NCBI GenBank assembly: GCA_964486045.1
Contig: CAZALK010000001.1
Location: 488,242-552,241 of the forward strand
Source: an uncultured archaeon
GTDB taxonomy: Archaea; Asgardarchaeota; Lokiarchaeia; Sigyniarchaeales; SOKP01
DNA length: 64,000 nt
Direction: 5' to 3'
In this document: in pieces, positions 9,656 through 19,890 of the stretch
Layout of the letters: each line of letters begins with the position of its first letter
How positions within the stretch are numbered: the stretch's first letter is position 1
The notes under the pieces: generated by a model
Told to the model about the DNA's origin: nothing
The model's database searches: none
What the model saw: only the letters and a program-made list of their open reading frames with translations
Made by a program: the position numbers and the translations under genes

Positions 9656-9811
9656 CTATTCTTTATTACCTAAAGCTTCTTTGACTTTCTCAAGTTCTTC
9701 CATACGTTTCTTTTTTTCTGTTTCCCTTTGCTGTAGTTCTGCATCATCAACTTTTTCGAGTGAGACACCTTTCTTAATTTCTTCTTGCATTTTCTTATCT
9801 ACTGGAGCCAC
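9656..9811 (-). CDS. 51-aa WH2/beta-thymosin-like small protein (not in the ORF track)
   Basis: GTG start after a purine-rich AAAGGGG; MAPVDKKMQEEIKKGVSLEKVDDAELQQRETEKKKRMEELEKVKEALGNKE-TAG; T-rich terminator-like tract follows on the minus strand. Confidence 0.75.
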   Translation of the reverse strand: MAPVDKKMQEEIKKGVSLEKVDDAELQQRETEKKKRMEELEKVKEALGNKE

Positions 9812-10048
9812 TTTTTATCAACCCCTTTTATTTTAAATTGATCTGAAATTATTAATATTTACACTTATTATAATAGAATTTATTTATAAGGTTTAGTAGA
9901 AGCTAAAATTAAAAAGGTAAAGCAAGAATAAAGGTTTAAATTAAAAAGATAATCTTTAGTTCAATAAATATTTATTTAATGATAAAAAAGGAATTACAAT
10001 TTTATAACCGTCAATAAAAATTAGAACAATAAAATCCAACCGATAAAT

Positions 10049-10534
10049 TTATTCATAATTTTCAATTACAAGCTCCATTACGTAAGAACCTTCTCCGGAT
10101 CGATAGTAGTTTTCTAATATCTTTGGATTTTTCTTAAATTTGAATTTTTCATAAAGATTGATTGCAGGAGTGTTGTTTACTTGAACATTAAGAACAATCA
10201 ATTTAATTTCTTCCATTTGTTTTATTTTCTCTAAAGTGTTCTTTAAAAGAAAAGACCCATATCCTTTGTTTTGAAACCTAGGTTTTATGAGAAAATTAAC
10301 AATGTTTACCCTATCAATCCTATCTTTAATAACTATTATAAAACCAACTAAAACTTTTTTGTGTGATTTTGTTTGAAGTTTTAAAAAGAGGATATTTCTC
10401 CCTTTTTTAGAATATTGAAAAAATTGATCCATTAATTCATTTGAAAATGCATTTTCCTTAAATACCTCCCTTTCAAGGGCCATAATTGTTTTGAAATCCT
10501 TGGAATTTATTTTCTCAATAATTTTTAAATCCAT
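10049..10534 (-). CDS. RimI/Ard1-like GNAT N-acetyltransferase
   Basis: FQNKGYGS motif A, LNVQVNN.PAINLYEKFKF, NYY. Confidence 0.85.
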   Translation of the reverse strand: MDLKIIEKINSKDFKTIMALEREVFKENAFSNELMDQFFQYSKKGRNILFLKLQTKSHKKVLVGFIIVIKDRIDRVNIVNFLIKPRFQNKGYGSFLLKNTLEKIKQMEEIKLIVLNVQVNNTPAINLYEKFKFKKNPKILENYYRSGEGSYVMELVIENYE

Positions 10535-11666
10535 ATTCTTGTTTAAATAATTTTATAGGTGTTTTTTCCGTTATTTGTTGATATTTTAGGTCTCTAAAAG
10601 GTGTTATTTCTACTACATAACCCTTAAGTTGAAAACTTTCAAATATGGAGACAAATTGGTTATCTACTGAAACATAAAAAGGTAATTTTATATTCTCTCC
10701 GTTATAAACCAACAATTTTTCATCCATTTTCATTCCAGATGAAAGAACATGATAAAATTTTACAAGATCCTTCTTGTTTCCTTCTAGTTGAGCAAAAATT
10801 AAAAGGCCTTCTTCTGTTATTACCTCAAATGGTAATTTAATGTTTTTAGCTCTTCGTAAGTATCTGTTTTTTAACTGAAAATAATCCTTTGCTGTTGTAG
10901 AGCAAAAGTGTATTTGAATAGAAATTAATTTATTCAGATTTTTAATTAAATCAAGGGCAAATTCTTGACTTTTATTCACCGATGCAATAGTGCCTTCTTT
11001 TAAATGGAAACCTCTTTGTTTTAAGGATTGGCTGTTAGGAAAACAGTATTCAAATTCGTTTAAATTTATGAAATCCACTCCTATTTTATCAATGAAAATA
11101 GCTAAATCTTGAAGATCTTTGAAAGCTTCCTCACTAGGAATGATTGGAACTTCAACTCCTACTTTTAATCCTTTATCCAAAGCGTATTCGATGTTTGACC
11201 AGTTTTGTTTATCAGGATGGAATCTAATTTCATCCAAACCAGCTGATACGAGTTCTTCTGCTATCTTTACATTAAAATTAATACCATTAGTGTAGAGGTG
11301 AATATGGAATTTACTACCTTTTTGACCTTTGATATTCTTAATATAGTCAAGAGATTTCGATAAATTTAATTTAGAAAGCGGTTCACCTCCAGTAATACTC
11401 ATCCCTTTTGCATCTATTTTGTTTATTTCTTCTAATAACTCCTCTTTTGACTTAATTTTTATTTCATTCGCGTATGTTATATCCTTATCCTTTCTTTCTG
11501 CTGATATAGGACAATACCAAGAACAATGATCTGGTCTTTGACAAATTCCATTTAAAAATAGCACGGCTTTTTGTCCTTTTAAGCATAATTTACAGCCTTT
11601 AGGAAGCTTTCTTCCTTTAATCAAATAATTATTTTCTTTAGTTTTAACAATTTTAACTTTGCTCAC
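10515..11666 (-). CDS. Radical SAM protein (archaeal PFL-activase-like family)
   Basis: LPKGCKLC..G.K.VLF..GIC...C..YC, ITGGEP, HLYTNG, GLDEIRFHP. Confidence 0.85.
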   Translation of the reverse strand: MSKVKIVKTKENNYLIKGRKLPKGCKLCLKGQKAVLFLNGICQRPDHCSWYCPISAERKDKDITYANEIKIKSKEELLEEINKIDAKGMSITGGEPLSKLNLSKSLDYIKNIKGQKGSKFHIHLYTNGINFNVKIAEELVSAGLDEIRFHPDKQNWSNIEYALDKGLKVGVEVPIIPSEEAFKDLQDLAIFIDKIGVDFINLNEFEYCFPNSQSLKQRGFHLKEGTIASVNKSQEFALDLIKNLNKLISIQIHFCSTTAKDYFQLKNRYLRRAKNIKLPFEVITEEGLLIFAQLEGNKKDLVKFYHVLSSGMKMDEKLLVYNGENIKLPFYVSVDNQFVSIFESFQLKGYVVEITPFRDLKYQQITEKTPIKLFKQEYGFKNY

Positions 11667-12370
11667 ACTTTATATAGTTTTTTTCGTATAATTGACTTTT
11701 TTTTGGCAAGAGTTTTTAAAACTTCTTCAATAGATTCGCTTAAATGGAGTTTTCTTTTTAAAAACACTCCAGTTTTCCCGAATTTCTCTCTTTTTAATAG
11801 AACTCTTTTACGTTCATTCACAATATCAACACTAACACCTACTTCTTTTGCCGCAATGGATTCGTTTCCAATAATTGAAACCTCTTCATGCCCATTTTGG
11901 TTTGGTCTAATTAAAACAAGCCTTTTATCTATTCCAGGCACCCTAACACCTGAATTTAGATCATCCATATTTAATTTTCCGCCAAAATTATAGAACTCAA
12001 TAATATTTTTTCCTAATTTCGATAATGGAATAGTTATACTTTCTAGTTCGCTTAAATGAATGTAAAGCTTGATAGAATCTAGGGGTGTTGCCATAATTAT
12101 TTCTCTAAAAGAATTTTCGAAGCCATTTTTATGTAGAATATACTCAACCTGAAACGATGGGATTTCTTGAATAAATATAATATCAATATCACTTGACTCA
12201 TTTACATCACCCCTAGCAACGCTTCCGTAAACAAATGGTTTAAGTCCCTCCTTAACAAAGATGTTTAATAGTTTTGATGCATTAGCTCTCTTATTTTTTA
12301 ATACAGTCCAGTTATGTTCCGAATACGTTATTGAATTATAATGAACTCTTAAAACATTTCGATTTTTCAT
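11663..12370 (-). CDS. Pol-beta superfamily nucleotidyltransferase
   Basis: YGSVARGDV..SSDIDI; RVPGIDKRL; GKTGVF. Confidence 0.85.
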   Translation of the reverse strand: MKNRNVLRVHYNSITYSEHNWTVLKNKRANASKLLNIFVKEGLKPFVYGSVARGDVNESSDIDIIFIQEIPSFQVEYILHKNGFENSFREIIMATPLDSIKLYIHLSELESITIPLSKLGKNIIEFYNFGGKLNMDDLNSGVRVPGIDKRLVLIRPNQNGHEEVSIIGNESIAAKEVGVSVDIVNERKRVLLKREKFGKTGVFLKRKLHLSESIEEVLKTLAKKKSIIRKKLYKV

Positions 12371-12373
12371 AAA

Positions 12374-13216
12374 TCAATCGGGATCTTTAGATTTAATTAA
12401 TTTTTTTTCTATAATATCAATAAGTATTCCTAACAGAATAGTTTCGTAATATTTAAATCCTCTATTGGATTTTTCAAATATAATTAGCTCTACTTTCTTC
12501 GCGTTTTTTTCTCCAAAATACTTCTCATATCGCTTAAGTTTTTTATTTTTAAAAATAAAGAATCGTCGTTTACTAAAAATATAAAACAATTGAGATTCTT
12601 GTTGTTGACCTTTAAAGATTTCTTGACGAACTCCTACATTTCTTTTACTTATTTTAGGATTAGGTAAGATTATCCCAACATTTTTAGAATCTGTAAAAAC
12701 TGCCCTGGTTAGGAAAAGTGAATCTGAAAAATTTAATAGAATGTAACTAGGATTAGAAATAAGATCTTTCTGTTCTAATTTATTTATTATTGATGAAATT
12801 AGAGGTTTGTACTCATCATTTATAGGTTCAGTTGATATCTTAGACTCTATATTTTGTCCAATTTTAATTTTTATAGTTATAACATTAAATCCATAGCTGC
12901 TTAAGCCCTCAGTTAAAATTCTTACCAATTTTTTCTTGAAAATTGTTCTTAAGATTATAATTACTTTATCGTCTGTGTTATTATCTTGAAGAGATGTGTT
13001 CTTAGTCAAATCCCAATATTTTGTACTAATAGCCCCACTTGTAACTTGTTCTTGTGTTTTATGAAAAGAGTGGCATTCAAGTGCTGTATTAGAAAAATTT
13101 AATCGCCATCGATGAGTTGATTTGAAAAATTTTACCCCGATCAATAGCAAAATCAATAAAATTATTATAATTGTATCAATAAAAACCCAATCTATACGTA
13201 TTGATAAGATTACCAT
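12374..13216 (-). CDS. N-terminally membrane-anchored protein, possibly a degenerate alpha/beta hydrolase
   Basis: Hydrophobic N-terminal helix; L..YGFNV and NFS segments at hydrolase-like positions. Confidence 0.55.
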   Translation of the reverse strand: MVILSIRIDWVFIDTIIIILLILLLIGVKFFKSTHRWRLNFSNTALECHSFHKTQEQVTSGAISTKYWDLTKNTSLQDNNTDDKVIIILRTIFKKKLVRILTEGLSSYGFNVITIKIKIGQNIESKISTEPINDEYKPLISSIINKLEQKDLISNPSYILLNFSDSLFLTRAVFTDSKNVGIILPNPKISKRNVGVRQEIFKGQQQESQLFYIFSKRRFFIFKNKKLKRYEKYFGEKNAKKVELIIFEKSNRGFKYYETILLGILIDIIEKKLIKSKDPD

Positions 13217-13240
13217 GATTTATGGAGAATTTTCTTTTAA

Positions 13241-13555
13241 TCAATCAACAACATCTTTAATCCAATTTAAATATTTTTGAGATCCTTTTTCTACTTTAAA
13301 TCCGATGCATTCAGGTATGTCATATGAATGGATTTCATTTATTTTCTGAATTATTGATTCGCTATTATCTTCTGTGGTTTTGATTAGTAATAAATGTTCA
13401 TTATCTTCTTGTATTTCCCCTTTCCATCGATACACTGAAGAAATATCTTTTATTATTTGTACACAAGCTGCTAGTCTGCTTTCAACAAGACTTCCGGCTA
13501 TTTTTTTCCCCTCCTCAATATTTGGGACGGTTACTGTGAATAGATAAAAATCCAT
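13241..13555 (-). CDS. cutA: Divalent cation tolerance protein CutA
   Basis: LVESRLAACVQI, SSVYRWKG, HSYDIPE. ATG at 13555 is preferred. Confidence 0.92.
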   Translation of the reverse strand: MDFYLFTVTVPNIEEGKKIAGSLVESRLAACVQIIKDISSVYRWKGEIQEDNEHLLLIKTTEDNSESIIQKINEIHSYDIPECIGFKVEKGSQKYLNWIKDVVD

Positions 13556-13675
13556 TTTAATTTTTCCTTTAATATATCTATTTTTGATTATGGTAATACT
13601 TGATATCAAATTATTTAAGATTTATTTCATTAAGAAATAAAAAATGTATTTATTATTCATTCACTTTTTTAAGAG

Positions 13676-16312
13676 TTGATAAGAATATTACAAAAAATTG
13701 AAAAGCTTTCATTAAATGGAACATGGGTTATAAAAAGTTTAGAGAAATCAATTAAAATATATGGTCAAGTTCCTGGAACTGTTTTTGAAGCTTTACTAGA
13801 AAATAAAATTATAGATGATCCTTTTTATGGTGAAAATGAGAAAGGAATGAAATGGGTGTATGAGTCTGATTGGCAGTATGAAATAGAATTTAGCTTAGAA
13901 CCAAATTTTCTAGAACATAAAAAAATATTATTGCGGTTTTATGGATTGGATACAATAGCAGAAGTGATTTTAAATGGTGAATCTATAGGTTCTGTAAATA
14001 ATATGTTTGTAAGATATGATTATGAAGTGAAGTCTAAATTAAGGGAAACAAATAATAAATTAGAAATCAAATTTAGAAGTCCAACTTCAAAAAGCCGTGA
14101 AGAAATAGAAAAAAATAGAATAATGTTAAATACTGGTTACGCAGCAATCCCTGGGATTCCGTATTTGAGGAAGGCACAATATTCATTCGGTTGGGATTGG
14201 GGACCTAAATTGCCAGATATCGGTATTTGGAAAACCGTTGAAATAATAGGATTCGATGAGATTAAAATCAAATCGGTTTTTCCGTTTACAAATCTCGAAT
14301 TTAACAAAAATCCTTTGAATATTAGTGATCCTAATGAATTTTCTACGATTGAGGTAAAAGCAGCAAGTATATTCATAGAAATTGAATTTGAATTAAGTAA
14401 TGAAAATATTTCGGACTTTTTTTACATAATAAAAGCCCAGTTAAAAGCGCCAAATGATGAGGTGTTTATTAAAGAAATCCCTCTGAGTAAGAAAAAGGAA
14501 ACATTTAGATTTGATATTGAAAATCCTTTTCTCTGGTGGACACACGATCTCGGGATTCCAAACCTCTATCAAATAGAAATTTTTATCTTAAAGGATGAAA
14601 TATTAGAAAGTGTAACTCAGCAGATAGGATTAAGATCTATTCAGCTTGTTAGAAAATCGGATAAGTGGGGGGAAACATTCTATTTTCTTCTAAATGGAAT
14701 TCCGCTCTTTACAAAAGGTGCAAATTGGATTCCAATAGATAGTTTTATTCCAAGGGGTAAGAAGCTAGGACTTTATTCTATGAATTTGAATTATGCCAAA
14801 AGAGCTAACATGAATATGATTCGTGTATGGGGCGGGGGGATTTATGAGGATGAAACCTTCTATAATTTGTGTGATGAATTGGGATTGTTAGTTTGGCAAG
14901 ATTTCCCATTCGCTTGCGCACTGTATCCTTATAATGCTGAATTTATTGAAAATGTAGAACAGGAAGCAATTCAAAACATAAAGAGATTAAGAAGACACAC
15001 TAGTCTTGCATTATGGTGTGGTAATAATGAAATTGAATCAATGTGGAAACGGGTCAATAATTCAAAAATTATAGAAAATAGTATAGAAAGGCTTAATTTT
15101 CTAACAAAATTTTATTTGAAAATCTTTGAAGATATCTTACCTCAATTGATTAAGAAATTTGACCCAACTCGGGCTTATTGGCCTAGTTCACCATCAAGTG
15201 GGTTTATTAGTGAAAAACTTGCAGGAGGGAGTTCAAATAATCCCAATATCGGTGATTCACACTACTGGGCAGTGTGGCATGGAAATTTGCCTTTCTCTGC
15301 TTATAAAAAGTTCAATTCTCGTTTTATGTCTGAATTCGGCTTTGAATCTTTTCCTTCCTTGAAAACTATTGAAAAATTTTGTCCCTTTGATCAATATAAT
15401 TTCAATTCCCCAAGTATGGAAAACCATCAGAAAAACTCCGCTGGCAATCAGAAAATTATGGATTATATGGATAAACGGTTTTCGATACCTGAGGAATTCG
15501 AACATCAAATATTTTTATCACAAATTACTCAAGCAGAAGCAATAGAATATGGTGTAGAGCATTGGAGACGAAATCGTAATGAATATCATTGTATGGGTTC
15601 TCTTTATTGGCAATTGAATGATTGCTGGCCTGTTGCAAGTTGGTCCTCACTGGATTACTATGGGAGGTGGAAAGCGCTTCACTATTTTGCAAAACGGTTT
15701 TACCAACCACTTTTCGCAAGTGTCCAAGAGAACCCTTTCCAAGTAGAATTTTGGGTATCAAATGATTTAAAAGAACCGTGTGAAATCGATTTAGACTGGA
15801 AAATACTAAATTCTGAAGGGGATATACTATTGAAAGGGATTAAATCTGCAAAGATTTTTCCATGTAGTTCTTCAAAACTCGAATCGGTGGATGTAAGTGG
15901 AATAAATATTGATGAAAAATCCATTCAAAATAATATCATATTCTATAAATTATTTCAAAGGGATAAACAAAAAAGATTAGTTTATAGCGGATTTCGTTTA
16001 TTTGATGCTCCTAAATTTTTTACCTTAAAAGATCCGAAAATATCGTACACATATGAAGAATTAATTGATGTAAAAAATAATAATAGCTGCTTTAGACTAA
16101 GATTAAAAGCACAGAATATCGCGTTATATGTCAACATCGACTCAGATTTAGTTGACATCATAACTACGGATAACTTCTTTTCAATGGAACCTAATGAAAC
16201 ATATACAATCGATATTGAAATCATAAGAACTGTAATGTCTACTACATCTTATTCGAATCAGAGGATTATTGACTCCTTCAAGATAAGATCGCTGTATGAT
16301 ATCTATAAATAA
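13676..16312 (+). CDS. Beta-mannosidase, glycoside hydrolase family 2
   Basis: [34 protein letters not shown] (acid/base), SEFG (nucleophile), YWQLND. Confidence 0.93.
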   Translation: MIRILQKIEKLSLNGTWVIKSLEKSIKIYGQVPGTVFEALLENKIIDDPFYGENEKGMKWVYESDWQYEIEFSLEPNFLEHKKILLRFYGLDTIAEVILNGESIGSVNNMFVRYDYEVKSKLRETNNKLEIKFRSPTSKSREEIEKNRIMLNTGYAAIPGIPYLRKAQYSFGWDWGPKLPDIGIWKTVEIIGFDEIKIKSVFPFTNLEFNKNPLNISDPNEFSTIEVKAASIFIEIEFELSNENISDFFYIIKAQLKAPNDEVFIKEIPLSKKKETFRFDIENPFLWWTHDLGIPNLYQIEIFILKDEILESVTQQIGLRSIQLVRKSDKWGETFYFLLNGIPLFTKGANWIPIDSFIPRGKKLGLYSMNLNYAKRANMNMIRVWGGGIYEDETFYNLCDELGLLVWQDFPFACALYPYNAEFIENVEQEAIQNIKRLRRHTSLALWCGNNEIESMWKRVNNSKIIENSIERLNFLTKFYLKIFEDILPQLIKKFDPTRAYWPSSPSSGFISEKLAGGSSNNPNIGDSHYWAVWHGNLPFSAYKKFNSRFMSEFGFESFPSLKTIEKFCPFDQYNFNSPSMENHQKNSAGNQKIMDYMDKRFSIPEEFEHQIFLSQITQAEAIEYGVEHWRRNRNEYHCMGSLYWQLNDCWPVASWSSLDYYGRWKALHYFAKRFYQPLFASVQENPFQVEFWVSNDLKEPCEIDLDWKILNSEGDILLKGIKSAKIFPCSSSKLESVDVSGINIDEKSIQNNIIFYKLFQRDKQKRLVYSGFRLFDAPKFFTLKDPKISYTYEELIDVKNNNSCFRLRLKAQNIALYVNIDSDLVDIITTDNFFSMEPNETYTIDIEIIRTVMSTTSYSNQRIIDSFKIRSLYDIYK

Positions 16313-16403
16313 AAATTTACAGCTAAAAATTCTATTTTTTCTTTTATAAAGAAAAGACAGATCCATAATTAAAAAACAACTTAACAAAAAAAAGTGTTTA
16401 ATT

Positions 16404-16715
16404 ATGGATTTAGACACATATGTCTCAAGTGTTGAGGATGGGCTTGAATTCCTTATTGCATTCTTCTCGTTATTGGGATTAGCTTATACTTTTAATTTGA
16501 ACTCCTTCCATGAAATTTTCAGCTATATCTTCATATTTTTAGTGTATTATTTCTTTAAATACGGATTTAAAGGTATAAACTACTTCATACAAAATATCTC
16601 CTCAGATAAAATGAGACCACCTCGTTTTAAAAAGATCCATTATAGAGACTTAACTCGTCGAAGGAGAAAACCAATTCAATTTAGAAAATTAAAAAAATTT
16701 GAATATGAATATTAA
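16404..16715 (+). CDS. Small membrane protein (two hydrophobic segments, basic tail)
   Basis: 103-aa ORF immediately upstream of the ATPase gene. Confidence 0.55.
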   Translation: MDLDTYVSSVEDGLEFLIAFFSLLGLAYTFNLNSFHEIFSYIFIFLVYYFFKYGFKGINYFIQNISSDKMRPPRFKKIHYRDLTRRRRKPIQFRKLKKFEYEY

Positions 16716-16730
16716 AAAAAAGTTTTTAAA

Positions 16731-18752
16731 ATGGAAGCAGCTTATTGGTTAGTTAAAGTAATACTGTCACAAGGTCCCGCGAAACAAGAAAAAGAAACTT
16801 TCCTCGATTATGAGAATAAAAACAAAATTGAGATTGAAAAAACGTGGTTAAGCAATTTTTTCCAGAATGATACAGTGTATGGATTAGAACTTACTTCAAT
16901 AGGTAATAAAATTGTATGGGAATTCTTTGTTAAGGCCAGGACATATGAACAAGCAATTATACAAGGAAGCCTATTACTCAAATCATTAAAAATGAAGTTT
17001 CCGGGATTGTCTGGAACATATAAGGCGATTCCCATTACAATTGAATATTTTTCCAATCAAAATTCACTCCTTTATGAACTTGTATTACCTTCTCAAATAA
17101 TAAACAGAATCCGATTTTCCATTATAAAACAATTCATTCAAAATAGTAGAGATAACCCTAATAAGAACCGTATTTTAAGATTATTTATATCATGGCAAGA
17201 AGACGATTCTGTCTCTAATTCCAATAGTGCCCCATATGGTTTCTCGGAATTTGGAGACTTTAAAATCAAAATTTTTGTAAAGATTGATTTCAAAAATTTA
17301 CCATTTAAAAATAAGAAATCTGTAGATCCTCTACTACAAGCAGAACTTGATTTCCTTGTAATGAATATTTTAAATCTCAGAAGAGAAAGCGCTTATATAA
17401 AGGAAGTTTCCAGCAATATATTGAAAAGAATCTTAGAAGGAAAAGTTTTCTGGGTGAATCATAAACGGATACAAACTGGAAAAAGATATTACAAAATTAT
17501 GCACGAAATTCCGTTGATGATACAACCATCGTTCATTAGACCATATAATGGAGATTTTAATTTCTCTGGGCATTCTGGACTACCAAGACCATTTATTTTA
17601 GAGGATGAGAAAATTGTCGACTTGGATATTTCAGAGAATGATCAAAATTTTATTTGGTTCGGAAAAATGTTGCGACAAGGTGTCCCAACTGAAGATAACG
17701 CTTATTTTCATATAGATAACCTTTCACAAAGCTGTATTATCGCAGGTGAGACAGGAACAGGTAAAACTAACTGTGCAAGTATAATTGTTAATGAGATTAA
17801 TAGAAAAGCACCTCAAATTGGTATTTTAACCATAGGATTGTCAAAAAAAAATCAAGATATCTTTTTTAAACCTGATAAAATCATTAGGTATGGGGATGAA
17901 GAACTAAAAATTCCATATTTTGTTAAACCCAACTCGAACGTGATGACTTTGGAAAAATATGCCCAAGAAACTGCTATGTATTTAACTGCTGCTATCGGTT
18001 TGAAGGGTACTGCTACAACTTGTACTTACAATACTATGATGGCTTACAATGGTGCTAAAAATTGCCCTATGACCCCAACTGGATTGTTTGAATCGACACT
18101 CAACTATCTTGATCATCCCGAGCATAAATATCACGAAAAATTTCAGACTAATATTAAATCTGAGATATTAAATAATGTATTTGAACGATTTAATGACCCT
18201 ATTATTGAAAAAGTTCTCACGTTGACTCCTAAAATTCCTAAATGGTTTAAACAATGGCGAAATGGAGTAAACATCTATATTGACCTTACAGAAGCAAGTG
18301 TATGGTCGAAAATAATTGCATGTTTTGCCTTATTCCAAATGATAAAGACTCTTACTGCTGACCTCGACGTTCATACATTAAACAACCTGATTGTGATTGA
18401 TGAAATTAAACATCTTGGGGCAAAACCACTATCTACTCACCCATACGATGATTTTCGCATCGCTAAAGAACGTCTAGAAATTATCTTGAAAGAATTACTC
18501 GAAGAATTCCGAAGCAGAGGAATAGCTTTCCTTTTAATTGATACAGACCCTTCTACCTTGTTTAAGTCTATTTCCAAATCCCCAAGCTTAAAATTCGTGT
18601 TTAGACTCGACCTTGAGAGCGGAAAATGCTTCACGCCAGACCAAAAGGAATTAAAATATATAAAAAATCAAGTACATCGGCACGCGATATTTTTTAACGG
18701 TGCTACAGGTGAAGAGTTCATAATTAAAACGTTAAGAAATAGGATTAGATAA
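16731..18752 (+). CDS. HerA/FtsK/VirB4-superfamily ATPase
   Basis: Walker A GETGTGKT, Walker B IVIDE, EEFRSRG arginine-finger motif. Confidence 0.8.
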   Translation: MEAAYWLVKVILSQGPAKQEKETFLDYENKNKIEIEKTWLSNFFQNDTVYGLELTSIGNKIVWEFFVKARTYEQAIIQGSLLLKSLKMKFPGLSGTYKAIPITIEYFSNQNSLLYELVLPSQIINRIRFSIIKQFIQNSRDNPNKNRILRLFISWQEDDSVSNSNSAPYGFSEFGDFKIKIFVKIDFKNLPFKNKKSVDPLLQAELDFLVMNILNLRRESAYIKEVSSNILKRILEGKVFWVNHKRIQTGKRYYKIMHEIPLMIQPSFIRPYNGDFNFSGHSGLPRPFILEDEKIVDLDISENDQNFIWFGKMLRQGVPTEDNAYFHIDNLSQSCIIAGETGTGKTNCASIIVNEINRKAPQIGILTIGLSKKNQDIFFKPDKIIRYGDEELKIPYFVKPNSNVMTLEKYAQETAMYLTAAIGLKGTATTCTYNTMMAYNGAKNCPMTPTGLFESTLNYLDHPEHKYHEKFQTNIKSEILNNVFERFNDPIIEKVLTLTPKIPKWFKQWRNGVNIYIDLTEASVWSKIIACFALFQMIKTLTADLDVHTLNNLIVIDEIKHLGAKPLSTHPYDDFRIAKERLEIILKELLEEFRSRGIAFLLIDTDPSTLFKSISKSPSLKFVFRLDLESGKCFTPDQKELKYIKNQVHRHAIFFNGATGEEFIIKTLRNRIR

Positions 18753-18855
18753 CTATAGATGGGCTTATTTGGTTAAAAATTCAATAATTCTGAAATTTTC
18801 CTTTAAATACTTTTATTATAATATCTTAATAGTCAAGTTCTATGAGAGGATATAA

Positions 18856-19350
18856 ATGGAAAATCTTGGAAAAACCTTCTTAATGGTTATTGAACCTTAT
18901 GATTTTGATATGAAGCAGCAAAAAGTGTTTCATTCTGATTTTGGGTTTGTAATAGTGACCGCATCAGAATTTTTTAGAGATTCTATGATAAAACTCTGTA
19001 AAGAATGCCATAGTGTGCGAAAAAGGAACTTTGGTCCAAAAATTCTCACAAGTACTCGAAAACGTATGAGAGACTTTGTTAACAAATCAATAAAAACAGA
19101 ACGTGACTTATTAGAGTTAGTGGCAATGTTATTTGATATTGCTTACTATACTGCGGTATCTCATGATAAAAATGCTCATTTAAGGAAATTTATTGCGATT
19201 GAAGGAGCAACCCCTACATATTTTGGATTTGTAGGCTCAAAAGATTATAACAGTTTTGATATCATTAGCAAAATCCAAGAAAAAATTGGGAGCACGAAGG
19301 ATGGGAATGGGACAGGTTGTTGTTTTGAAATTTATCAAATTAAAAACTAA
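18856..19350 (+). CDS. Hypothetical protein
   Basis: 164-aa ORF with upstream GAGG. Confidence 0.65.
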   Translation: MENLGKTFLMVIEPYDFDMKQQKVFHSDFGFVIVTASEFFRDSMIKLCKECHSVRKRNFGPKILTSTRKRMRDFVNKSIKTERDLLELVAMLFDIAYYTAVSHDKNAHLRKFIAIEGATPTYFGFVGSKDYNSFDIISKIQEKIGSTKDGNGTGCCFEIYQIKN

Positions 19351-19420
19351 TAAAACATTAAAGGGATATTAGAAACAATTTAGACGAAACTTACACGCGG
19401 GGTTCTAAATAAGAGTGGGA

Positions 19421-19890
19421 TTGAAGAATTTTTCTTTATAAATGCTTATTTATCTTTATTTCAATTAGTTAAAATTTACAAAATTCACACGATAAAATGA
19501 GCTTCAAATCGAAAGGTCCGAAATCACATCCCAGCCACAGCCCTAAAGCTAAACCCGAACCGCCTAAACCCACCCCTGAAAAAGATTCAAAACCATCTAA
19601 CCAAAAACCGAACCAAAAGCCAAAACATAAACCTAATCAAAATTCTAAACCTCAACCAGGAAAAATTCGACAGGATAAAAATCAAAAACCAAAAACTAAC
19701 CCAAGTGAAAAATCTAAAAATAATATTAGCCCACCCCTCCTAGACCTGAATAACAATGCTAAAAAGATCATTACTAACCTCGCCTCTCAGCCAATTAAAG
19801 AACATACCACACCTCCTACAAAATCTCCCCTAGAACCGAATAAAGAATCTAAAAACAGAATAATCCGACCCGTTTTCAAACCGAATATGA
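19421..19890 (+). repeat. Diverged repeat copy B (promoter + 5' coding leader), shared with 6790-7250
   Basis: TTTATAAA at 19435-19442 is the same distance from the ATG as in copy A; shared coding leader. Confidence 0.85.

Noticed and set aside
14137-16417. Short antisense ORFs inside the GH2 gene (likewise inside rtcB, cdc6, polC, rpoB, pan and nrdD)
   Set aside because: They overlap well-supported genes and show no motifs.
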